From positions 1 to 36,760 of the forward strand of contig JAVZCV010000009.1 of assembly GCA_038874215.1 (NCBI GenBank): DNA of 36,760 bases, written 5' to 3'. Positions 18,370 through 26,913 of this stretch are shown piece by piece. The translations under genes were made by a program, and so were the position numbers. The stretch's first letter is position 1. Every line of letters begins with the position of its first letter. The stretch is from Candidatus Micrarchaeia archaeon. GTDB taxonomy: Archaea > Micrarchaeota > Micrarchaeia > Burarchaeales > JAVZCV01. Under the pieces are notes generated by a model. The model saw nothing but the letters and a program-made list of their open reading frames with translations. It was not told where the DNA came from and did not search any database.

Positions 18370-20508
18370 ATGTCGCTGATAAAGAAGATACGGAAGAGGG
18401 ACGGCAGGATTGTGGATTTTGACCCTGAGAAAATTGCGAATGCGATATGGAAGGCTGCGCAGTCCGTTGGAGGAAAAGATAGGGAAACAGCCGAGAGGCT
18501 ATCGCAGATCGTTGTTAAGCTGCTTGAGGAAAAATATGCCGGGAAGATACCAACAGTTGAGGAAGTCCAGGATGTCGTTGAGAAGGTTCTCATAGAGGAG
18601 GGGCATGCAAAAACGGCGAAGGCATACATACTCTACAGGCAGAAGAGAAAGGAGATAAGGGAGATGAAGGCAGCGCTCGGCGTGATTGATGACTTGAAGC
18701 TCAGCATAAATGCGATAAAGGTCCTTGAAGCCCGCTACCTCAGGAAAGACGAGAATGGCATTGTTATAGAAACGCCAGGGCAGATGTTCAGGCGTGTTGC
18801 GAAAGCGGTAGCAAAGGCTGATGAATTTTACGGTGAGGATTCTGCCAAAACAGAGGAAGAGTTCTACCAGATGATGGCGAACCTTGAATTCCTGCCTAAC
18901 TCGCCGACGCTAATGAATGCGGGCACGCACATAGGACAGCTTTCAGCATGCTTCGTTTTGCCGATAGAAGACTCAATGGAGAGCATCTTTGAGGCTGTTA
19001 AAAACACTGCAATAATACACAAATCTGGCGGCGGGACTGGGTTTTCCTTCTCAAAACTACGCCCGCGTGGGGACATGGTGCAGTCTACGAAGGGCGTTGC
19101 ATCGGGCCCGATTTCTTTCATGAGGGTTTTTGATATTGCGACTGATGTGGTGAAGCAGGGTGGGAAAAGAAGGGGTGCGAACATGGGCATACTATATGTT
19201 ACGCACCCCGATATCCTTGATTTCATAATGGCGAAGGAGAGGGAAACGTCGCTCAACAATTTCAACATATCCGTAGGGATAACCGACAAGTTCATGGAAG
19301 CAGTTGAAAAGGACGAGAAATACGACCTCATTCATCCCCGAACTGGCAAGCCCGTTAAATCGCTCTCGGCTAGGAAGGTTTTTGACCTCATAGTGACGAT
19401 GGCTTGGAAGAACGGCGAGCCTGGCGTGATATTCATAGACAGGATAAACGAATACAACCCAACACCCCATGTTGGGAAAATAGAAAGTACGAACCCGTGT
19501 GGGGAGCAGCCCCTTCTCCCATACGAATCTTGCAACCTTGGCTCAATAAACCTTGTGAAAATGCTCAATGAGAAGAATGAGATAGACTGGGAGAAGCTGC
19601 GTAAAACGGTGCGAACTGCCGTGCATTTCTTGGATAATGTGATAGACGTAAACGTTTTCCCGCTTCCCGAGATAGAGAGAATGACGAAGGCGAACAGGAA
19701 GATAGGGCTCGGGGTTATGGGCTTTGCAGACATGCTCATAGCTCTTGGAATACCCTACAACTCAGAGAGGGCAATTGAAGTCGCTGAAAAAGTCATGAAA
19801 TTCATAAGCGATGAGGCACGTGCAATGTCTGTTGAGCTTGGAGAAAGGAGGGGGAGCTTCCCAAACTTTAAGGGAAGCGTATGGGAAAAGAAGGGATACA
19901 AGGCAATGAGGAACGCAACGCTCACAACGATAGCGCCTACTGGGACGATATCAATAATAGCGGGTGTCTCAAGTGGGATAGAGCCGCTTTTTGCGATATC
20001 ATACGTGCGAAAAGTTCTTAGCGGTGCAGAGCTGATAGAGGTCAACCCGATTTTTGAGAAGATAGCGCAGGAGAGGGGCTTCTACGATGAGTATTTGATG
20101 CAGAAGATAGCGAAGAGGGGCTCAATACAAGCGATAGAGGAGATACCAGAGGACGTAAGGCGCGTGTTTGTAACTGCTCACGACATAACCCCAGAATGGC
20201 ATGTGCGGATGCAGGCTGCATTCCAGAAGTACGTGGACAACGCAGTCTCAAAAACGATAAACTTCCCATACCATGCAACGCCAAAGGATATAGAAAAAGC
20301 GTATATGCTTGCATACAAGCTTGGCTGCAAGGGGATTACTGTTTATAGGGATAGGAGTAGGAGCGAACAGGTTCTCAATATAATGAATGGAGATATGGTA
20401 GGAAAAGGACAGGAGAATGGGGAAAGTCGCAATACCGAAGATAGTAAAGAAGGATTCCTAAAAGTTGATGCGACATACGCTGGCGGTTGCAGCACGTGCG
20501 GTGTGTAG
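18370..20508 (+). CDS. nrdJ: Class II (adenosylcobalamin-dependent) ribonucleotide reductase with an N-terminal ATP cone
   Basis: ATP cone (KRDG-IVDFD-EKI, VEEVQD-VE-L), PNSPTLMNAG, LSACF, TNPCGEQ, ESCNLGS, TIAPTGT, C-terminal CSTC. Confidence 0.95.
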   Translation: MSLIKKIRKRDGRIVDFDPEKIANAIWKAAQSVGGKDRETAERLSQIVVKLLEEKYAGKIPTVEEVQDVVEKVLIEEGHAKTAKAYILYRQKRKEIREMKAALGVIDDLKLSINAIKVLEARYLRKDENGIVIETPGQMFRRVAKAVAKADEFYGEDSAKTEEEFYQMMANLEFLPNSPTLMNAGTHIGQLSACFVLPIEDSMESIFEAVKNTAIIHKSGGGTGFSFSKLRPRGDMVQSTKGVASGPISFMRVFDIATDVVKQGGKRRGANMGILYVTHPDILDFIMAKERETSLNNFNISVGITDKFMEAVEKDEKYDLIHPRTGKPVKSLSARKVFDLIVTMAWKNGEPGVIFIDRINEYNPTPHVGKIESTNPCGEQPLLPYESCNLGSINLVKMLNEKNEIDWEKLRKTVRTAVHFLDNVIDVNVFPLPEIERMTKANRKIGLGVMGFADMLIALGIPYNSERAIEVAEKVMKFISDEARAMSVELGERRGSFPNFKGSVWEKKGYKAMRNATLTTIAPTGTISIIAGVSSGIEPLFAISYVRKVLSGAELIEVNPIFEKIAQERGFYDEYLMQKIAKRGSIQAIEEIPEDVRRVFVTAHDITPEWHVRMQAAFQKYVDNAVSKTINFPYHATPKDIEKAYMLAYKLGCKGITVYRDRSRSEQVLNIMNGDMVGKGQENGESRNTEDSKEGFLKVDATYAGGCSTCGV

Positions 20509-20509
20509 C

Positions 20510-21088
20510 ATGGCTGGGAACAATGGGGTAGGGCTCGTGCATGTCTACACGGGAACGGGGAAAGGTAAAACTACGGCATCGCTCGGGCTTGCGATGCGGG
20601 CACTGGGGCATGGAATGTCGGTATGCATGATTCAATTTCTGAAAGGAGGAAGCTACTTCGGTGAGCTGTTCTTTGCGAAAAAACTGCCAAACTTCACGAT
20701 TCTCCAATTCGGTGATGACTGCCCATGGGCAGAGCAGATGATGCGCGGCGAGATTGAGTGCGGCGTGTGCCGCTACTGCTTTTCTGTTTATAGCGAGGAG
20801 AAAAAGAGAACGATGAAGGCTTTTGAGGTTGCAAAATCGCTCGCATCATCGGACGACTACGATATGCTAATTCTTGATGAGATCAACGTTGCGATGAGCA
20901 GGAAGCTCATACCGATTGAAAGCGTGCTTTCTTTGATAGATGGCAAACATCCTTTGCTTGAGCTCGTGCTAACGGGGAGGAATGCGCCGAGAGAGATAAT
21001 AGAGAGGGCGGACATAGTTACTGAGATGCGAGAGATAAAGCATGCATTCTGGAAGGGCACGGGAAGCAGGAAAGGCAGGGAGTACTAA
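20510..21088 (+). CDS. cobO: Cob(I)alamin adenosyltransferase (CobA/CobO/BtuR family) with a Cys-rich insert
   Basis: VYTGTGKGKTTASLG, IQFLKG, LILDEI, ELVLTGR, KH-F-G-G-EY. Confidence 0.92.
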   Translation: MAGNNGVGLVHVYTGTGKGKTTASLGLAMRALGHGMSVCMIQFLKGGSYFGELFFAKKLPNFTILQFGDDCPWAEQMMRGEIECGVCRYCFSVYSEEKKRTMKAFEVAKSLASSDDYDMLILDEINVAMSRKLIPIESVLSLIDGKHPLLELVLTGRNAPREIIERADIVTEMREIKHAFWKGTGSRKGREY

Positions 21089-21125
21089 TTAAAAAATTCA
21101 CCTTGTAATTAACGCTGGTGGTTTT

Positions 21126-22082
21126 TTGATAACAACGGTCGTCGGAAATTACCCGAAGATAGGCGATACGCCCGAGAAGTCGATTCTAAGGGAGTCTCTT
21201 CATAGAATGGATAGAGGAGAGATTACGGAAGCGCAGATGCATGAAATAGCCCGTAAGGTGACTAAGGAGGTTATAGAAGAGCAGGTCAGCGCTGGGATAG
21301 ACATAGTTACTGACGGACAGATACTGTGGGAGGACGAGGTAACATACTTTGCGAAAGCGCTTGAGGGAATAGAGCTGAATGGGCTCGTGCGCTTCTTTGA
21401 TACGAATACGTATTACCGCCAACCTGTGATAAAGGGGAAGATAGAATGGAAAAGAAGCGCTCTATCTGAAGACTTTTCTTTCGCTAAATCGGTCAGCAAG
21501 AAGCAAGTGAAGGCGGTTATACCTGGCCCCTACACTCTTGCAAACCTCTCTATTAACAAGTGCTACAAAAAAATGGGTGATGTGGTTGGCGATTTTGCTG
21601 CTGCGATAAAAAAGGAGGCACGGGCGCTTGTCAGTGCGGGCGCAAGAATGATACAGCTGAACGAGCCTGCGATAACAAGAAAACCCGAGGATTTCGGGAT
21701 TCTTGAGGATGCAGTTGGAGAGATATGCGAGGTTAAGGCGGATTGGGGGATAATGCTCTATTTTGGCGATTACAGGCCGCTGTACAAGAAGCTTGTTTCT
21801 CTTCCAGTCAATATAATCGGGTTAGATGTTTTCAACTATGGGATACCGAAGGATTTCCCAGAAGACAAAGTCCTCTGCGCTGGGCTGGTAGATGCGAGGA
21901 ATACGAAGCTTGAGGACTGGGAGTGGCTTGGAGAGAAGATAAGGAAGCTCCTCTCCATCGTTGAGAGCGAGAGGTTGCATGTAAGCCCGAACTGTGGGCT
22001 TGAATTCCTTCCCCGTGAAACTGCTTTTGTCAAGCTGAGGAACATGGTTAGGGTTGTGCGCAACGTTGAAAAGGGTGGTTAG
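21126..22082 (+). CDS. MetE-like protein lacking the HxC zinc ligands (putative folate-binding half of a split MetE)
   Basis: VVGNYPK, TDGQ-W-D, RFFDTNTYYRQP, PGPYTLA, IQLNEP, SPNCGLEFLP; MLYFG at the HxC position. TTG start after GGTGG. Confidence 0.8.
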   Translation: MITTVVGNYPKIGDTPEKSILRESLHRMDRGEITEAQMHEIARKVTKEVIEEQVSAGIDIVTDGQILWEDEVTYFAKALEGIELNGLVRFFDTNTYYRQPVIKGKIEWKRSALSEDFSFAKSVSKKQVKAVIPGPYTLANLSINKCYKKMGDVVGDFAAAIKKEARALVSAGARMIQLNEPAITRKPEDFGILEDAVGEICEVKADWGIMLYFGDYRPLYKKLVSLPVNIIGLDVFNYGIPKDFPEDKVLCAGLVDARNTKLEDWEWLGEKIRKLLSIVESERLHVSPNCGLEFLPRETAFVKLRNMVRVVRNVEKGG

Positions 22083-23048
22083 ATGCTGTTTCCAGTTACT
22101 GTTGTGGGCAGTTTTCCAAAGCCAGACTATCTTAAAAAGGCACGCGCAGACTATGAGAATGGAAGGATAACATACCATGAACTTATGGATTTGACGAGAA
22201 AGGCAAGCGAGGAGTGCATAAAATACCAGATTGAGGCGGGCGTTGATATAATAAGCGACGGTGAGATGGACAGAGGAGACATGGCGACTTTTTTCGCCGA
22301 AAAGCTATATGGGTTTAAGATAAGCGGGCTTGTGCGCTCCTATGGGAACCGGTACTACAGGAAGCCCATAATAATAGATAGGGTTAAATTCGTCCAGCCC
22401 ATGACTGTGGAGATGTGGAAGTTTGCGAACGAGCGGAGTGGGGGCAGGCCCGTGAAGGGAATTTTCACTGGTCCCTATACGATGATGGACTGGTCTTTTG
22501 ACGAGTATTATGGGGATAGGAGAAAGGCAACGCTTGATATAGCGCGCGCTATGCACGAAGAAGCCGTCGCGCTTGAGCGTGCGGGCGCAAAGTACATACA
22601 GATTGACGAGCCCGCTGTTTCAACGAGACCCGAGGAGCTTGGGCTCGCAATAGAGGCGAACAAGATAGTTACGCGCGGATTGAAGGCTAAGACAATAATG
22701 CACATCTGCTATGGGAACTTTAAGGCCATATATCCCGAGATGCTCAAACTTCCCGTTGACCAGCTTGACCTTGAATTCGCAAACAGGAACTTTGAGCTGC
22801 TTGAGCTTTTTAAGGAACACAAATACACTAAGGAAGTAGGGCTGGGGGTTACGGACTCGCACAGCCACATAATTGAGACGAAAGAGCAGGTTCTCGCAGG
22901 CATAAGAAAGGCTCTTGAGGTAATACCTCCCGAGAAAATCTACATAGACTCGGACTGCGGGCTTAAAACGAGAACGAAAGAGGAAGCGATAGGAAAACTG
23001 AGGGTCATGGTTGAGGCTGCAAGAGAACTGAGGAAGGAGTTTGCATGA
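22083..23048 (+). CDS. metE: Methionine synthase catalytic half (MetE C-terminal-like)
   Basis: VGSFPKP, SDGEM-R-DM, VRSYGNRYYR-P, IQIDEPA; zinc ligands HICYG, LE, DCGLKT. Confidence 0.9.
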   Translation: MLFPVTVVGSFPKPDYLKKARADYENGRITYHELMDLTRKASEECIKYQIEAGVDIISDGEMDRGDMATFFAEKLYGFKISGLVRSYGNRYYRKPIIIDRVKFVQPMTVEMWKFANERSGGRPVKGIFTGPYTMMDWSFDEYYGDRRKATLDIARAMHEEAVALERAGAKYIQIDEPAVSTRPEELGLAIEANKIVTRGLKAKTIMHICYGNFKAIYPEMLKLPVDQLDLEFANRNFELLELFKEHKYTKEVGLGVTDSHSHIIETKEQVLAGIRKALEVIPPEKIYIDSDCGLKTRTKEEAIGKLRVMVEAARELRKEFA

Positions 23049-23893
23049 ATTTCAGGGAGAAGCTGAAAAGCGGTAAATTCGTATTTACTGCGGAGATAGA
23101 CCCGCCTACGGACACGAGATACGAGAAAACTCTTGAGAGCGTTAGAATTCTCAAGGAGGCTGGCTACGACGCAGTAAATGTGGCTGATAACCCTATGGCA
23201 AGGGTCCGCATGTGTGCGATAGCTCTTTCGCACATAGTGCAAAGGGAGACAGGCATTGAGGCTGTTCTGCATTTCACATGCCGCGATAGAAGCCTTCTTG
23301 GCATGCAGTCAGCTCTTTTGGGCGCTGGTGCGCTTGGCATACGGAACATACTCGCAATAAAAGGCGACGAGCCAAAGCTTGGCGATACGCCAAACTCAAC
23401 GCCAGTGTATGACATTGATACGATAGGGCTTATAGGGATGATCAGGAGGTTTAACAGTGGCGAAACGCTCTCTGGGAAGAAGATAACACCGACAGATTTT
23501 TTTGTTGGCACCTCTCTGAACATAAATGCAGGTGATGTTGAAAAGGAGATAGAGCGCTTTGAAAGAAAAATTGAGGCTGGCGCAGAGTTTGCGATGACGC
23601 AGCCAGTTTATGATGTTGAGCATCTGCGAGAATTTTTGGGCGTTCTCAAACCGAAGGTTCCTCTTGTGGTAGGAGTGCTTCCCATACCAGACTACAGAAT
23701 GGCAAAATACCTGAATGAGAAAGTCCCTGGCATAAAAATACCGCAGGAGATAATTGAGGAGATAAAGAAGGATGAGCATGCTGGAGTTGATATTGCGAGG
23801 GAGCTTTTGGGTGAGATAAAAAAGCTTGCAAACGGCGCATATGTGATGCCGCTCAACAGGTATGAGCTTGCATGCGAAATAATTCGAGGATAG
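23045..23893 (+). CDS. metF: Methylenetetrahydrofolate reductase (bacterial MetF/YitJ-C type)
   Basis: AEIDPP, NVADNPMARVRM, HFTCRDRS, GD, KIEAGA-F-MTQPVYD, EKVPGI-IP; ATGA overlap with metE. Confidence 0.9.
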   Translation: MNFREKLKSGKFVFTAEIDPPTDTRYEKTLESVRILKEAGYDAVNVADNPMARVRMCAIALSHIVQRETGIEAVLHFTCRDRSLLGMQSALLGAGALGIRNILAIKGDEPKLGDTPNSTPVYDIDTIGLIGMIRRFNSGETLSGKKITPTDFFVGTSLNINAGDVEKEIERFERKIEAGAEFAMTQPVYDVEHLREFLGVLKPKVPLVVGVLPIPDYRMAKYLNEKVPGIKIPQEIIEEIKKDEHAGVDIARELLGEIKKLANGAYVMPLNRYELACEIIRG

Positions 23894-23900
23894 TGAATTT

Positions 23901-24623
23901 ATGAAAGTGAGGCTGATAGCATACACGCATAAGCCCGATGAAACATGCTCGCTTGCGGCTTCAACATCGGTGAGTATGGGGAGCCCATCCGAGATAGCCG
24001 AGAAAACCGACCCGCAAAAAGCGGCGCGCATACTGGGGAAGGTTGTTGGTTATGGGCATACTTCTGTAATAGAGCATGCGAGCTTTACATTCAGCATAGA
24101 GGGAATTTCGCGCGCCTGCTCGCACCAGCTCGTTAGGCATAGAATCGCATCCTATACGCAACAGAGCCAGCGCTACGTGCGCCTTGATGAGGCAGGAGAG
24201 TATTTTGTAATTCCACCAAGCATAGAAAGAAAAAGGGAGGCAAAGAGTATTTTCCTTGAATCTGTTGGGCAGGGTTTTTCTGCATATAAAGAACTTTTGA
24301 AGGAAGGGATAGCGCCAGAGGATGCACGCTATGTTCTCCCTAATGCAACAAAAACAAACGTAATAGTCACGATGAACGCGCGCTCCCTTATGAATTTCTT
24401 TGGGCTCCGCTTATGCAAGAGAGCGCAATGGGAGATACGAACGCTCGCAAGCCTTATGCTGAAGGAAGTGAAAAAGGTTGCGCCAGTTATTTTTGAGAAT
24501 GCGGGCCCGCGTTGTGTTGAGCTCGGCTACTGCCCTGAAAGCAAGACGTGCGGGTTATACCCGCTGAAAAAGGATGTGGTTGGAAAAGGGGGTAAGCGAA
24601 GCTCTATGCAGAAAAATCGCTAA
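23901..24623 (+). CDS. thyX: FAD-dependent thymidylate synthase
   Basis: GH-SVIEH, ISRACSHQLVRHRIASYTQQSQRY, EDARYVLP, RAQWEIR. Confidence 0.97.
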   Translation: MKVRLIAYTHKPDETCSLAASTSVSMGSPSEIAEKTDPQKAARILGKVVGYGHTSVIEHASFTFSIEGISRACSHQLVRHRIASYTQQSQRYVRLDEAGEYFVIPPSIERKREAKSIFLESVGQGFSAYKELLKEGIAPEDARYVLPNATKTNVIVTMNARSLMNFFGLRLCKRAQWEIRTLASLMLKEVKKVAPVIFENAGPRCVELGYCPESKTCGLYPLKKDVVGKGGKRSSMQKNR

Positions 24624-25527
24624 GCTTCTTCTTAATGCCGTTTGCGGCCGCTTTCAGTTGCTCCATCTCCTCATCGCTTATGGCGATTTCTACTATTTTT
24701 TCAGCTCCACTACGCCCGAGAACAACAGGGACGCACAAGAATATTCCGCTTATTCCGTACTCGCCCTCTAAATAAGCAGAGCAGGGCAGGAGTTTTTTTT
24801 CGTCGTTCAGTATGGCTTCTATCATATGGGCAACCGCCGCGCCTGGCGCGTAGTAGGCGCTTCCTGTACCAAAAAGTTTGACGATTTCTGCCCCAGCATT
24901 CCTCGTACGCTCAACTATCTCCGATATTTTTTCTTTAGGAAGGAGACTTGTAAGTGGTTTTCCATTCACCTTTGCAGCGCTTACAAGCGGAACCATTCCG
25001 TCCCCATGCTCGCCTATGACCATCGCCTCAACATTGCGTATGTTGGCATTCAGCTCTTTTGATATGAAATAGGAAAAGCGGGCGCTGTCAAGTATGCCAG
25101 ACATTCCAACGATTCTTTGTTTTTCAAAATCGAGCGCGTTTTTTGCAACGATACACATCATATCAAGGGGATTTGTAACCATTATCACAACAGCATCTGG
25201 TGCATGCTCCCTAATATTTTTGCATACGCCTTTTACTATTTCGGCGTTCTGCCTGAATAGGTCCGCCCTGCTCATGCCTGGCTTGCGTGCCATGCCAGCG
25301 CAAACTGCGATAATCCTTGCATCTTCAATCTCCGCATACTCATCTGTGCCGACCATACTGCTTTCAGAACCAAAAATAGGCTTTGAGTGCGATATGTCAA
25401 GCGCCTTCGCCATTGCGATGTTTTTGTATATGTCAAGGAGCACGATGTCGCATAGATTTCTCTGCAAAAGAATATAGGCAGCGCTTGAACCTACGTTTCC
25501 AGCCCCTATTATCGCAACTTTTTCCAT
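24604..25527 (-). CDS. mdh: Malate dehydrogenase (LDH-like)
   Basis: GAGNVG, AGMARKPGMSR-DL, VTNPLD, LDSARF, GEHGD, GSAYYAP. Confidence 0.93.
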   Translation of the reverse strand: MEKVAIIGAGNVGSSAAYILLQRNLCDIVLLDIYKNIAMAKALDISHSKPIFGSESSMVGTDEYAEIEDARIIAVCAGMARKPGMSRADLFRQNAEIVKGVCKNIREHAPDAVVIMVTNPLDMMCIVAKNALDFEKQRIVGMSGILDSARFSYFISKELNANIRNVEAMVIGEHGDGMVPLVSAAKVNGKPLTSLLPKEKISEIVERTRNAGAEIVKLFGTGSAYYAPGAAVAHMIEAILNDEKKLLPCSAYLEGEYGISGIFLCVPVVLGRSGAEKIVEIAISDEEMEQLKAAANGIKKKLSDFSA

Positions 25528-25558
25528 GCAGAAGATTTGAAAAAAAGGTTAAAAAAAC

Positions 25559-26911
25559 CTATTTGAATATTTCTGGCAGATGCGCACTTGCAAGCATTAG
25601 CATTTCTTCTCTTGATATTGGAGTAATCCTCCCGTTTTCGTACTGTTCCTCTATCCACTTCCTAATCTGCTGGACCCCTTCGTCATTCTTGTCTATTGAG
25701 ACTTCTCCGTTTTTTAGCGATTCTATGTTTTTCCTAAGCCAAAGGACTATTCCCGCAGCGCCAGAGCGGTCTGTTATGACAACTTCTGGCTCCCTACCAA
25801 GTACTGCACGGGTATCAAATGCGTTGTATATCTCCTCGCCTTTTAGCATTCCGTCTGCATGAATGCCCGCCCTTGTTATGTTAAATTCAGAGCCTATGAA
25901 ACGCCTATTTGGCGGAATTTTTACTCCGATTTCTTTCTCAAAATATCTGGCAATTTCCGTTATCATTTCAAGCCGCATTCCATGCCCTTCGCCTTTTATG
26001 CATGCATACTCTATACATAGGCTCTCTATGTCCGAGTTTCCTGTTCTCTCGCCTATTCCGAGCAGTGTGCCGTTAGCAGCAGAGCAGCCATAAAGCCATG
26101 CAGTCACTGCGTTTATGTGCGCCTTCCCAAAGTCATCGTGCCCATGCCACTCCAGCCACTCACTTGGCACGTGTGCATCTTTTGTCATGCATCTGATGAG
26201 TTTTGGTATACTTCTTGGCAGACATGCCTCTGCATACGGCAACCCGACACCGAGCGTATCGCAAAGCCTTATTTTCACAGGCATGCCATATCTCTCAGAA
26301 AGATCCATCAGCTGTCGTGCAAACGGAATGACGAATCCCCTGATGTCTGCACGTGTAACATCCTCAAAGTGGCAACGGGGAATTATATCATTCGTTAGGG
26401 CGCTCTCAACAACGCCGCAGTATTTCTCAAACGCCCTTCTCCTGTCAAGCTTCAATTTTAGGTATATGTGGTAATCAGAACAGGAAGTCAGCATTCCTGT
26501 TTCTTTTATGCCCATTTCCTTAACAAGTTGCAAATCCTCCTCCTTCGCCCTTATCCATGCTGTTATACGCGGGTATTCAAGCCCTGCTTTCATGCAAGCC
26601 GCAACTGCCTCCCTATCCCGCCGAGAATAAAGGAAGAATTCAGTTTGCCTTATAACACCTTGTTTGCCGCCGAGTGCGCTGAGCATTTCGTAAAGCGTTC
26701 TTATCTGCTCAACGCTATACGGCTCGCGTGCCTGCTGCCCGTCCCTGAAAGTCGTGTCGGTTATGAATATCTCTTTTGGTAGGCGCATACGCACGCACTT
26801 TGAATCAAAGAAAGCAAGCGGGGGTGTGGTGTAAGGGAAAATCTCGCGCAGTAGGTTTGGTTGCGCGGGGCTTCTCAATTTTAGCATGAACCAGAAAGGG
26901 GGGATGACCAT
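25559..26911 (-). CDS. DRE-TIM acetyl-CoA condensing enzyme, Re-citrate synthase-like
   Basis: PNLLREIFPY, ITDTTFRDGQQ, QTEFFLYS, SCSDYHI-KL, RCHFEDVTRAD, LEWHGHDDF, GIGERTGN, TRAGIHADG match the clostridial Re-CS pattern as I recall it; sits between fumarase and mdh. Confidence 0.8.
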   Translation of the reverse strand: MVIPPFWFMLKLRSPAQPNLLREIFPYTTPPLAFFDSKCVRMRLPKEIFITDTTFRDGQQAREPYSVEQIRTLYEMLSALGGKQGVIRQTEFFLYSRRDREAVAACMKAGLEYPRITAWIRAKEEDLQLVKEMGIKETGMLTSCSDYHIYLKLKLDRRRAFEKYCGVVESALTNDIIPRCHFEDVTRADIRGFVIPFARQLMDLSERYGMPVKIRLCDTLGVGLPYAEACLPRSIPKLIRCMTKDAHVPSEWLEWHGHDDFGKAHINAVTAWLYGCSAANGTLLGIGERTGNSDIESLCIEYACIKGEGHGMRLEMITEIARYFEKEIGVKIPPNRRFIGSEFNITRAGIHADGMLKGEEIYNAFDTRAVLGREPEVVITDRSGAAGIVLWLRKNIESLKNGEVSIDKNDEGVQQIRKWIEEQYENGRITPISREEMLMLASAHLPEIFK

Positions 26912-26913
26912 TA

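Noticed and set aside
18370-20508. Intein or intron in nrdJ
   Set aside because: The length (~712 aa) and motif spacing are continuous, with no splice-junction motifs.
23396-24031. 211-aa minus-strand ORF
   Set aside because: Antisense shadow of metF/thyX.
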